64,000 nt of DNA, from the IMG/VR virus record IMGVR_UViG_3300032093_000041, positions 32,001 to 96,000 of that record, one strand, 5' to 3'. A program made the position numbers and the translations under genes. Each line of letters begins with the position of its first letter. The stretch's first letter is position 1. Positions 9,020-18,799 of this stretch are shown in pieces. This DNA comes from a virus. The notes under the pieces were generated by a model. It was not told where the DNA came from. It worked only from the letters and a program-made list of their open reading frames with translations, and searched no databases.

Positions 9020-11057
9020 TTGCTGCAGCGAAAAAGGGCTGCAACCAATAATCCAGACTCGGCACGTGATGCCAGAGTTAGCGCTGACGCACGTCAACGC
9101 ATTTGAAGAGCCACTACCCAAAGACTCCAGTTATCGTGCTGCAGTTCTGTACAAGTGTGCAATGCAGCGCCGAGGCGGACGTCAGGGGCTAGAAGTAAAA
9201 GTTGGTTCAATCACGTCGACAAGCCCATTCTTACAAGGGGTTCAATCCGTTGGTTCAATGCTTGTCCCTGGAGACACTGCCCCACTGCGAAGCCCAGTAC
9301 GGTCAGGACTAGCCAGGCTTGTTACCCCCGGTGGTGTTCGTGGTGCCAACCCTTTTGCTTATGGCAAGCCAAACCGTGGCTACAGATGCCCAGAGGGTTA
9401 CCAGTTCGGCGGAAGATTCACTGACTCACGTTTTTCTACATGCGGCAAGCAGTTATTTGACCTTCCAGGCACGATTGGTGCCGTAATAGGAACAGCGCTT
9501 AGGCGGTCTGCAGATTCTTTAATTGACGGTTTTAAACCCACGACAAGTCGCGTGGGTGCGCTTTCTGTGTCCGGAGACATAATTCAAAGCAGGGCACCAC
9601 AGATACCTAGAGTATCTTCCCTCAATAAAAGAGTAAGAAACTCCAATACAGAATCAATCGTCTCTGCAATGTCGAGCGTTACGGAACCGTACAGAAGAAT
9701 GGTGCGTCGTGATGGATTTGTTCTTGAGCCAGTTGTTAGCAATGCTGTGCTACGAACGATTCCTGACAACAGAGACATGGAAGGTGCAACGTTCATACAG
9801 ACAGCTCTTGAGCCGAAGACGATTGGACAAGACGAACTAGGTCTACTTTCCAACACAGGAATTCAGAAGCTTGTCTATGTCCTTAATGGTGGCTCAACCC
9901 TTAATATTGAAAAAGCCAGGCCCCTGACTGTTGGTGAAAGACGCAAACTCGGTAAAACCGTGAATGTCGCAATGAGGGCCGACAACAGTTCCGACCCAGC
10001 AGCAAGATTGAGACTTGTAGCAGAAGAAATGGGCGACGCTGTTAGATATGAAGAGTCTTTCGAGCAAATATCAAACCCCAACGAAATAGTTGTGGCAAAG
10101 ATTCCTGGCTCGAACGTTAAAACACGTGTGAAAAGATGGGTTTATGAAGCGTTTTACGCCAAAAAACCAACTAAAAAAACGCCAGCAGAAGTAGATACAG
10201 AGGACGGCGACACGCTGTCCCCCGGCAAAAAAATTGACAATCTTTCTGGAGCCGTACGTCACTTAAACGCAGGCGGTTCTTTAGAAAATATATCTAGCGC
10301 AATTCGCGTAGAGGCTCTAAGACGTAGTCGACTTTACAAGACTGGGAAACTCAAAGAAGGAGTAATTCTTCACGAGCGTGCAGATGGACAAACTGTCTTT
10401 GAAATGAAACCGAAAAAAGACTTTGAGCATCTAGGTGCAGCATTTGCATCAGAAGTGCAAAGGTCTCTAGGTCTAATCGCGCCAAAAGTGAGGGTTGCTG
10501 GAAGCGGAAATAGGCGTCCGTATCTTATTGGGGAAGCACAGGATGCTGCCACCAAGGGCTCGCAATCACGTTCAGACGGTCTTAAAAACGTCGCTGCAGA
10601 GGATTTGGTTGGACTGGCTATTGCTGACTGGCTTACCGATACATACGGTAGGTCTCCGGCGAATATTGCTCCGGTGAACATTAGCGGCTCAATGCGTGCT
10701 GTCTCATCAATAAATCCGATGGCTGGTTTGCCGACATCAAATGCTCGAAATGTAAGAGTCAGAATGGATTCTTCGATTGATGATTTTTTTGGCCAGCAGT
10801 TGCGCGAAATGTATCGCAAAAATTTCGAGCGCTTGCAGGCTGAGCAACGCAAAAAAGCTTTACAAATCATTGCTGCATATATAGAGCGTGCGCAAGATAT
10901 AGACTTTGCGGACATGAGAAGGCGTCTAACTTTAGACGGTTCTTTATCTCAGGCAGAAAAACGACACCTTGGAATTATCGAAAACCTTTTTAATAGGCGG
11001 CTTGAAACGCTTCGCACGTCGCGGGCAGCATTTATAAAAGTTCTCGGTCTAAAGTAA
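8997..11057 (+). CDS. 686-aa protein with RCP..FT..C motif and degenerate HipA/PI3-4-kinase-like C-terminus
   Basis: LEVK at 9189; RCPEGYQFGGRFTDSRFSTC at 9384-9443; SEVQRSLGLIAPKV...IADWLTDTYGRSPANI. Confidence 0.75.
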   Translation: MKTVSLSDCCSEKGLQPIIQTRHVMPELALTHVNAFEEPLPKDSSYRAAVLYKCAMQRRGGRQGLEVKVGSITSTSPFLQGVQSVGSMLVPGDTAPLRSPVRSGLARLVTPGGVRGANPFAYGKPNRGYRCPEGYQFGGRFTDSRFSTCGKQLFDLPGTIGAVIGTALRRSADSLIDGFKPTTSRVGALSVSGDIIQSRAPQIPRVSSLNKRVRNSNTESIVSAMSSVTEPYRRMVRRDGFVLEPVVSNAVLRTIPDNRDMEGATFIQTALEPKTIGQDELGLLSNTGIQKLVYVLNGGSTLNIEKARPLTVGERRKLGKTVNVAMRADNSSDPAARLRLVAEEMGDAVRYEESFEQISNPNEIVVAKIPGSNVKTRVKRWVYEAFYAKKPTKKTPAEVDTEDGDTLSPGKKIDNLSGAVRHLNAGGSLENISSAIRVEALRRSRLYKTGKLKEGVILHERADGQTVFEMKPKKDFEHLGAAFASEVQRSLGLIAPKVRVAGSGNRRPYLIGEAQDAATKGSQSRSDGLKNVAAEDLVGLAIADWLTDTYGRSPANIAPVNISGSMRAVSSINPMAGLPTSNARNVRVRMDSSIDDFFGQQLREMYRKNFERLQAEQRKKALQIIAAYIERAQDIDFADMRRRLTLDGSLSQAEKRHLGIIENLFNRRLETLRTSRAAFIKVLGLK

Positions 11058-11058
11058 A

Positions 11059-14000
11059 ATGAAACAAATTTCTCTTGTTAAAGACAAAATAGACGGGTCC
11101 CCTTTTGCTGTCCTCCTGATAGACAAAGGTTCTGTCACGGCATATGGCTCTCCTGGACAAGGAGAAGACTGGGCAGAATGGGTCAATAGTCAAGAAACAT
11201 CCGTAGAAGAAATACAAGATGTTCTAGATGTTCGCCTGGTTGCTGAACCATCAATTCCAGCAAAAAAATTTAACGAGAGCTCAATCAGTAGCTACTTAGG
11301 TCAAGAAGCAATGGACTTGCTAATGGCAGAGTTAAATAAAAAAGCTCTGCTAGAAATAGTTCAAGTTAAGTCAGAAAGTCAGCCGCAGGAGTATGACGAG
11401 GAAGACCTTCCGGACTACACGCCCATATCGGTGTGGCCGTTGTCTGAAATATCGCTGGCTTCCATAGATGTTGCATACAAATCTCAGCTTGCTGATTACA
11501 AGGCTAAAGCTTTCAACGCCGACAGAAACAGGCGGGCGCTTGCTCTTGAGGTGAAGTGGGCTAGAGCTATTTGGGATAACGACCGTCAAGGATGGCGTTG
11601 CCCACCAGAGACCACCAATGGCGGCCAGTTCACTAACAGAATGGGTCTTGGTTGCACCACTGGTCTTGTTCGACGTCTTGGTCAATCTCTGATGAGCATT
11701 GAAGACAGAAATAAACTTCAGATGCAGCTCCCAGGACTAGAAGACCCGAGAGGTTTCCTGTATCGCTCTGGTTCATTAATTGACCAGCGAGCAGAAACTA
11801 GACAGCGTGAATTTGCTGACCGACAAGAACGTCGCGCAGCACGCCGCGTTCGCAGTCTTATCGAAAAAGAAGGAAAAAAAGAACAAGAGCGTTTAGCTAA
11901 AGAAAACAAACGCAAACATCGTTCTGGGGAATCTCTAAGAGATATTTATTCAAGTTTTACGCCAGACGCAAGCAGAGTGTCTCGCGCACGTGCTGCTGGA
12001 GCAGTAAAGCTTCGTCGGTTTGCATCCAACGTAGAGCAAGAATCACTCAGGAATATTGGGGCGAGTCAACAGCGCAGAGACCGCAGGGTTAGGGACGTAT
12101 CAGAGGAAAAGCTAGACAGTAAGAAGATACGCAAGCTCCGCGATTTTGGTGGAAAAATACCTGGTTCAAAACTTGGAGGCTATGTCCAGTACGACAAGAT
12201 GATGGCAGACGACAAAGGGCAGGCTGTCGACATCAATGGCGAACTCATGGTCCCTCGTGTTCTTGTGGACATGGATGAAATGCACTCTAATCCATACTAC
12301 GGAAGAGAATTTTTAACAGATGATTCCGGTAATCAAGTAGAAAATTTCCATGCCAATCATAAGTGGGTCACCGTAGAAGAAGTACTCGCTATGGCGTCTA
12401 TCAATCGCGCGACCAAACCAGCACATGACTGGATTGAAATGCGTAAGGGGCGAGGTTTCCCTGGTGATGAAACCATTGAGTTTGTTGAAGCAAAAGAACT
12501 TCGTAAAATTCAAAAAGACAATGGATTTATTGGAGTTCGGTCAAGCTTAAAAGACAAAGGCAAAGGCCGTTTTGACGGAGACACTCGCGGCAAAGGCAAG
12601 AAGAAGACAAAACCAGCGCAAGGCGGCTCCATCGGCGACATGGAATTTGAGCCAGATGAATTGCCGCCAACCGTCGCAAAAAGGTTTGGAGATGCATGGC
12701 GCGATAGCAGAAAACGTCTTGGTTCGTGGATTGCAAACCTTGACCCCTTGCTAGATGAAGACCAGAAAACACGTCGCGAAAAGCGTCGCCGCCAAAAAGC
12801 TTCAAAATCTAAAGACTCGAGCGCCATAAACGGTGCAAACATTCTTCAGTCTCTATTCTCTGATATTGATGACCCGATAGAGGCAACCGTGCGATACGCA
12901 CAACTGTCCAACTTTAAAGAACCAGAGTTCAGAGACTGGTACGACTACACCACAAACAACAAACCAGTACCTGAGCGTCGCGAAGATTGGAACTTTGGAT
13001 TCAATAGTGTAATTGGCGAACCGACACCTCATTTTGCTCGGCTCAAAAACCTTATAGACGGAATAGTGTCAGAACACGCCGCTGGCGTACTGATTACAGC
13101 GGACGACTCAGAAGACCCCGATATAACCAAATTTATTTTTCAAGATTACGACTTCAGTACAAAGTTTAGGTCTGGTCAAATTGGGAATGTATACAACGTG
13201 CGTGTTGTAACAAGGACTGATGGCGTTGAAGAAGTACGACAAATAGCTGTAGATTCAATAAGTCTAAATCGCTGGACGGATAATCCATTAGACGAGAACA
13301 GACAACCAATTACGGCAACTGATGCAGGTCTATATATGCTGTGGTCAAACACAACGTTTTTAGATGTTCCGGAAGATGTCGTAGAGAGAGCAGCTAGTGG
13401 GCAAATGCCTACGTTTGAGCTCGTAGAGCTTGCTGCGAAACAATGGGTGGACCCAGGGTATCACGGTGCTCAGCCGCCTGCTTTCTATTATGACCAGGCC
13501 ACTAAATGGCACGAACATTACAGGGTTATCGGCTTCAACCAAAAGGGTGCTCCGCTATATATCAAGGGTGCAGGCGGGAGGGGTCGGACCGGGTCAACGT
13601 CGGTACATATCCCTGGCACATCAAATTCTGTCGTAGACACGAGAACCGGTGGTCTTATTTCTGGCCGCATGAGCCAAGAAACAATAATCACCCCAGAAGG
13701 TCAGCGAGCCCTAGACGACCCTAATGTGAATATTTGGACTGGTGAACAAAACTTTCTGGTGCTTGACGGAGGCCCTGCACCCGGGCGCGGACGCCGGCGT
13801 CGTCGCACATCTGGTCCTACGCCCCAGTCTCCTGGTGTTGTATCGCGCTTCCTTGATGGAGAAGGTCGCCAACTAAGTAGAGAACGCCGCAGCGCAAGAA
13901 GGATGCTAAAGGGGCGTACACCAAAAGACACACGCCCGATACGTCAACGCATAGAAGCTGCGCTGTATGAGAGGTCACGTCGTCGGTCAGGCGAGCCAAG

Positions 14001-17000
14001 ACCCATTTCAATGCAGGCACCGGATATCGACATAAACGTTTACTCCGACGAGCTTCGCAGAATGGAAGAAAGCGGAGAGTCGATAGAGGCACGCAATGCA
14101 CTTCCACCGATAGATGGCGTATATGACTGGTTGCTCCCAGATAACTTTTCCGCTGGCAATGATTGGTGGGGCTCTGGCGTAAACCAGCAACGAATAGACA
14201 CCCTTAATGCTTCATTACACGAGCTTGGAGGTTCATTCTTCCCGCTCGTATCGCAACGCGATATTGACCGTTTGCCGCAGCTTGCTGAAGAAGGCAGAAA
14301 GTGGCTAGAAGACATAAATGACCCTGACAAGGATTCTGCTCCTGGAGAAGTATCCAACTGGGGTTTTGCCGAATGGAAAGAGTATGGAGGATATACATAC
14401 GTTTACGATTCGAGGAACGAAACAAAACCGCCCATTGCAATCGTAAACAACGAATCCGGCACAACGCACATGATTGGCAAAGATGGCCAACACCTTATGA
14501 CTCTGGTCACGAGAGTGGCTCCATCTGGAGAAACTGTATTTTTGCCCGTTGGCTCAAACTCGACGCATAAACGGCTCGACAACATCACTGAGCAGCCGGG
14601 ATTCTTGCAGACAGTTTTAGGTAAATTCCGTAGACGCCAACAGCAAGACATAAACCCAGAGCAGATTATCCCTGGTCTTCGTTCCAGAGAACGAGCATTC
14701 ACTCGTGGCGACAATACAATTGAGGACGTTCGTTCCCAGTTTGAGAATGGGACACCTTCAGATACGTTCCCATACTCATTTGCAACAAAGCAACGTACTG
14801 GCGCATTAGCTCCAACTTCTCTTACAACTCTTCAGGAGGAGTCACTGCTAGAAGAAGCAGATAAACTGCAGGTACAAATCGCCGATGACTTTAGACGTCA
14901 ATTGGGTCTAAACAAAAAAGACCAACTGACCGAAGAGGCAATCAAAGACCTCATTGATGACCTCCAACGTCGTGGCAAAAAACGCGAAGCTGGAATTGCA
15001 ACAAACAACCTTCACGACCTTGCCGTACTTGATGACATGTTGCAGTCACGAGACGTTATGCATGTCAACAACCTAAAGCCGGGCCGCAGGCATCTACTTT
15101 TAGGCACAAGCGTAAACCCAGTACCAGACTCCGAGCAAAAGCGCCGCCGCGCAATGACGCCAGACATGATTCACGTTTCCAGTGATTCAAGAGCAATGGA
15201 TTCAAGGCTTTCAGACAGAGGGGACACAGACCCAGCAACGTCTAAGAGAACATATCCGAGTGGAGCAATAAATCTCTACGAACCGTCTGAAGAGTCGTTT
15301 ACGCCTTCATCGCCAAGGCCGCAAACTGGACCAGCCCTCATTCCGGGGGAGGGCGATGCTACTGGAACAATTGTTTATCAAAACGGAATGTATTTTGATA
15401 CGTCAACAAACCGTTACGTAGAAGACTTAAGTGGTCTCGATTTTGAATCAGCAGACTTTGTCCATGTTCCTGTTCCTTTAGAGGAATCTTCTACAAACGG
15501 AATCGACGATTTAGGCGGGGAGTTTCCTAAAATTCTTCTTACTTCCGGACCTGGTGCTCCTAGTCGACAATCGGCAGTCATAGCTCCTGGAGTTTCAAGC
15601 ACGAATCCAGAAGCCGCTCTTACTTCTAGGCCAGATGCTGTTAATGCCGTCGTAGCAAAACCGAATTCATTTACCGAAGCATTTTACTTAGTAAGAAATA
15701 GATGGCGTCAGATTGCCGCAACAAAACCTGCCGACCAGACTGAGCCATACCGAAAGCTGACAGACAAGATTGGCGCAGACCCAGCTCCGACTGCATTTAT
15801 GCTGTCGTCGCTGTTGAGCCCGCTTCTTTCTAAGGCAGACGGTCTGGAATCAGAAGAAGGCGTGTCTCTATATTCAGCACCAATTCATTCCCCTACGCTT
15901 TCCGGTAGCGACAATGCCGCAGGAATATTGAGGGCAATAAGAAACGCATCAAGAAAATCACCAACAGAAAACGGTCTTTTCTCTGATTACTTACCTGGTT
16001 CATCAGGCGACATTGTCTCGTATTCTGGTATGGCAGTTGGGCCCCACGCACCCCGTGGGCAGACGGTACTTGACGCAATAGGCGTATTTGCTGACTTGCC
16101 GTTTGAGACTGTTTATATACCGAGCACCCAACCAATAGCTCCAAATGTGGCGCAGCACAATAGTTTAGCGAATGCAAACCGAACATTACTTGATACAAAA
16201 ATATTCCGGTCGCTGAACGCTGCACTCCAGTTGGATTACGCGTCGCAAAAAATGCGTCAGCTGCTGGATAGCGGCACACCACAAGAAATAACTGGCTGGA
16301 ACGACACATGGGGTAAAAGATTCGGCGGAAGATTTGACATAACACAAGCAGATATTGAGTCTGTCGAGCAGCTACGTGATGCAGCGTGGCAGCGTGCGGC
16401 GGAAGACCTTTCGTCCGTTGCTAAAAATGCTGGTGACCGCAGAAACGACTTCCTTAACCAGTGGCGTAATCGCTCCCAATTCCGCCCAGAGAATCGCGAG
16501 ATAGACGCTGAGCTCAGCATTGCCACCGAATACATCACTAATGGTGTTATTGCTGAGCAAGCGGAGTACCTACTCACTAAGCACATACTCACCAATCCAC
16601 GAATAATGCAAAGCCTTGCTCAGTCCGAGCTTGTATCTTTAGAGTCGCGTTCAAGAGAAGCGAACAAGAGAATGGAGAGGCTCGAAGCTATACGTAGTGC
16701 GCAAACCGCACTAGGTAGGCGCTCTATGCCTGGGTATTCACCAGAAGACATTGACCCCATTGAATTATTGCCAGTACTTGATAGACACGGTGATGGTGTT
16801 GTTACAAACGCATCACTGCGCGACCCAGCAGAAATAGTCGAAATATTGTCTGACCACAAATCTCTTGGATTTGGAGCTCCTTTAGACATAGACCCAGCAA
16901 CTGGAGAATATGTTCCATCCATTTTAACCGACGACCAAATGGAAGCATTGGCGCTAATAGATTACTCAATCCGTAGAAATCTAAGCCAAGGAAGTCCAGC

Positions 17001-18411
17001 AGATGAATACGGATATACCGGCATGCCGGAAGCAAACACCGTATTTGGACACCTAGAGCTAGACAATTTACCTCCAGAGAACCTAACTGGCTGGCAACGC
17101 CAATCCCCAGGAGCCGCTGCAGTATGGTCTCTTATGGAGGCTTCTGGATTCAACGGAAACCCACTATTGCTTGATGTAGAAGAATTTAAAGAAATAGCTA
17201 AAATTGAAGATTCATCAGGAAAACGACAAACTCTAGTTGTAACCAGAGGTATCGATTCTCATGGAAGAAACTCAGGAAGTTTTCTCACCAACTTGCTCCT
17301 AAGAGCTAAACGCTCGCTTCTTGGTTCAGGCGGAGCACAGCATGGAACGGGAGAATATTGGAGCGCTCAGCCTTTTGAATGGCGCTCAAACAGTGAGTCT
17401 TCGGCAATCGGAATGATTGTGCGCGGAAATCACAGGGTAGGTTCGCATGAATTGCTCGTAGGTACCGACAGCTCAGCAAGAACTAACGGCTCGAATGGTA
17501 TCTTGTCGGATTTATTTTACGAAGCCACGTGGGCTGTTGCAAACGCACTTGGTGCAAGAGGTTTCGGCAGCGGTACAAATCCTAGTCACGGACAAGAATA
17601 CGCAGCAGATATCCCAGTTAATTCAGTGAAAATAGACCCTGTTACCGGACTGTATGACCAGGCCGACCTGGATAACCTACAACTAAAAATCCTGGAACTG
17701 ACCAGGGCGTTTGACCCATCACAAGGCCTCGGTAGCGCTGGCCTGATGACCCTTGAGAAGTGGGCGGACAGAAGAAATTTTGTTACAGATTCCATAATCC
17801 CAGACCTTGCTGGTGGAGCTGCAGCTTCAAACTTCGACCGCAATGAGTCAGCAATCAGGGAAAGGCAATTTTTAAATGCCTGGCTTGGCCAACACTTGAG
17901 CTGGATGGTTCAACTGGCACAAATGCGACGAGATGAGTCTGACCGGGTCAACGGAAAGGAAAACGCTCAGTGGAATAGGCGTCTAGATGCTGCTCAGCAC
18001 TCCATCGTGATGATGGACCCAAATGCCAGAGCAGCAATGATGGGGTATGACGTTCTGATTAGACATGACCAGAACAGTCATAACTGGAGCAGCAGGAGTC
18101 AATACGACACAGACGCCAGTTATAGGTTTGGCGATTATGATTTCTGGGAGCAAGACAGCAGCAGAATAACACTCCATAATCCGAAAGTGTTGCTGATGTT
18201 AAACAGAACAGCCACTCCGATGCTGAGGCGTGTCCATTCTTCTCAGACATGGGCCGTTAGAAGCAACCGGAGCGGAGGGCATTTCCTTGATGGGTCAGGA
18301 CTGACAATCGCAGACATATTGCAGGAGATACCAGCAAATCCAACAACACCTGAAGAACAATATATCGCCGATACTCTTACTAGGTATATAGAATTATGGG
18401 GCGGACTATGA
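11059..18411 (+). CDS. Giant modular protein B (2450 aa) with probable C-terminal ADP-ribosyltransferase-like domain
   Basis: LEVK and RCPPETTNGGQFTNRMGLGC; ISGRM at 13657; C-terminal GFNGNP...VVTRG...GSGGAQHGTGEYW...MGYDVLI...LMLNR. Confidence 0.8.
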   Translation: MKQISLVKDKIDGSPFAVLLIDKGSVTAYGSPGQGEDWAEWVNSQETSVEEIQDVLDVRLVAEPSIPAKKFNESSISSYLGQEAMDLLMAELNKKALLEIVQVKSESQPQEYDEEDLPDYTPISVWPLSEISLASIDVAYKSQLADYKAKAFNADRNRRALALEVKWARAIWDNDRQGWRCPPETTNGGQFTNRMGLGCTTGLVRRLGQSLMSIEDRNKLQMQLPGLEDPRGFLYRSGSLIDQRAETRQREFADRQERRAARRVRSLIEKEGKKEQERLAKENKRKHRSGESLRDIYSSFTPDASRVSRARAAGAVKLRRFASNVEQESLRNIGASQQRRDRRVRDVSEEKLDSKKIRKLRDFGGKIPGSKLGGYVQYDKMMADDKGQAVDINGELMVPRVLVDMDEMHSNPYYGREFLTDDSGNQVENFHANHKWVTVEEVLAMASINRATKPAHDWIEMRKGRGFPGDETIEFVEAKELRKIQKDNGFIGVRSSLKDKGKGRFDGDTRGKGKKKTKPAQGGSIGDMEFEPDELPPTVAKRFGDAWRDSRKRLGSWIANLDPLLDEDQKTRREKRRRQKASKSKDSSAINGANILQSLFSDIDDPIEATVRYAQLSNFKEPEFRDWYDYTTNNKPVPERREDWNFGFNSVIGEPTPHFARLKNLIDGIVSEHAAGVLITADDSEDPDITKFIFQDYDFSTKFRSGQIGNVYNVRVVTRTDGVEEVRQIAVDSISLNRWTDNPLDENRQPITATDAGLYMLWSNTTFLDVPEDVVERAASGQMPTFELVELAAKQWVDPGYHGAQPPAFYYDQATKWHEHYRVIGFNQKGAPLYIKGAGGRGRTGSTSVHIPGTSNSVVDTRTGGLISGRMSQETIITPEGQRALDDPNVNIWTGEQNFLVLDGGPAPGRGRRRRRTSGPTPQSPGVVSRFLDGEGRQLSRERRSARRMLKGRTPKDTRPIRQRIEAALYERSRRRSGEPRPISMQAPDIDINVYSDELRRMEESGESIEARNALPPIDGVYDWLLPDNFSAGNDWWGSGVNQQRIDTLNASLHELGGSFFPLVSQRDIDRLPQLAEEGRKWLEDINDPDKDSAPGEVSNWGFAEWKEYGGYTYVYDSRNETKPPIAIVNNESGTTHMIGKDGQHLMTLVTRVAPSGETVFLPVGSNSTHKRLDNITEQPGFLQTVLGKFRRRQQQDINPEQIIPGLRSRERAFTRGDNTIEDVRSQFENGTPSDTFPYSFATKQRTGALAPTSLTTLQEESLLEEADKLQVQIADDFRRQLGLNKKDQLTEEAIKDLIDDLQRRGKKREAGIATNNLHDLAVLDDMLQSRDVMHVNNLKPGRRHLLLGTSVNPVPDSEQKRRRAMTPDMIHVSSDSRAMDSRLSDRGDTDPATSKRTYPSGAINLYEPSEESFTPSSPRPQTGPALIPGEGDATGTIVYQNGMYFDTSTNRYVEDLSGLDFESADFVHVPVPLEESSTNGIDDLGGEFPKILLTSGPGAPSRQSAVIAPGVSSTNPEAALTSRPDAVNAVVAKPNSFTEAFYLVRNRWRQIAATKPADQTEPYRKLTDKIGADPAPTAFMLSSLLSPLLSKADGLESEEGVSLYSAPIHSPTLSGSDNAAGILRAIRNASRKSPTENGLFSDYLPGSSGDIVSYSGMAVGPHAPRGQTVLDAIGVFADLPFETVYIPSTQPIAPNVAQHNSLANANRTLLDTKIFRSLNAALQLDYASQKMRQLLDSGTPQEITGWNDTWGKRFGGRFDITQADIESVEQLRDAAWQRAAEDLSSVAKNAGDRRNDFLNQWRNRSQFRPENREIDAELSIATEYITNGVIAEQAEYLLTKHILTNPRIMQSLAQSELVSLESRSREANKRMERLEAIRSAQTALGRRSMPGYSPEDIDPIELLPVLDRHGDGVVTNASLRDPAEIVEILSDHKSLGFGAPLDIDPATGEYVPSILTDDQMEALALIDYSIRRNLSQGSPADEYGYTGMPEANTVFGHLELDNLPPENLTGWQRQSPGAAAVWSLMEASGFNGNPLLLDVEEFKEIAKIEDSSGKRQTLVVTRGIDSHGRNSGSFLTNLLLRAKRSLLGSGGAQHGTGEYWSAQPFEWRSNSESSAIGMIVRGNHRVGSHELLVGTDSSARTNGSNGILSDLFYEATWAVANALGARGFGSGTNPSHGQEYAADIPVNSVKIDPVTGLYDQADLDNLQLKILELTRAFDPSQGLGSAGLMTLEKWADRRNFVTDSIIPDLAGGAAASNFDRNESAIRERQFLNAWLGQHLSWMVQLAQMRRDESDRVNGKENAQWNRRLDAAQHSIVMMDPNARAAMMGYDVLIRHDQNSHNWSSRSQYDTDASYRFGDYDFWEQDSSRITLHNPKVLLMLNRTATPMLRRVHSSQTWAVRSNRSGGHFLDGSGLTIADILQEIPANPTTPEEQYIADTLTRYIELWGGL

Positions 18412-18797
18412 AATCTATAGATAAATCATCTTTAACGTCAGACGAATTTGCAATGTATTCACAGAGCAAGTTAAAACTAAAACGAGCCGTGGAGGACATG
18501 TATCAACTTGCTGAGTTGCCTCCATTTGCTTTTGACAAGACAGGAAAAACTCCAGAACTTGCTGGGGAATTCATACAAGACATAAATGAACACCTTCGAG
18601 ACATTGATGAAGAAGATTTCATCACAGATAGATATAGGCCACTTGTAGACATAAAAACCAAATATGAAAACGAACTCAATGAAGCTCGCAAAATACGCGA
18701 CAGTGCGCCCAAGCTTGGCCTAGCGTTAAAAAAATGGTTTGAAGACAACAATCTACGAATGGACGAAGCGATAGCGTATTTCTACGGCGTGGATTAA
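18408..18797 (+). CDS. Small helical protein coupled to giant protein B
   Basis: ATG 18408 overlaps TGA 18409-18411 (ATGA). Confidence 0.7.
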   Translation: MKSIDKSSLTSDEFAMYSQSKLKLKRAVEDMYQLAELPPFAFDKTGKTPELAGEFIQDINEHLRDIDEEDFITDRYRPLVDIKTKYENELNEARKIRDSAPKLGLALKKWFEDNNLRMDEAIAYFYGVD

Positions 18798-18799
18798 AT

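Noticed and set aside
10680-10694. ISGSM in the 686-aa protein as a linker
   Set aside because: It falls inside the kinase-like segment, so it is probably coincidental and was not counted.
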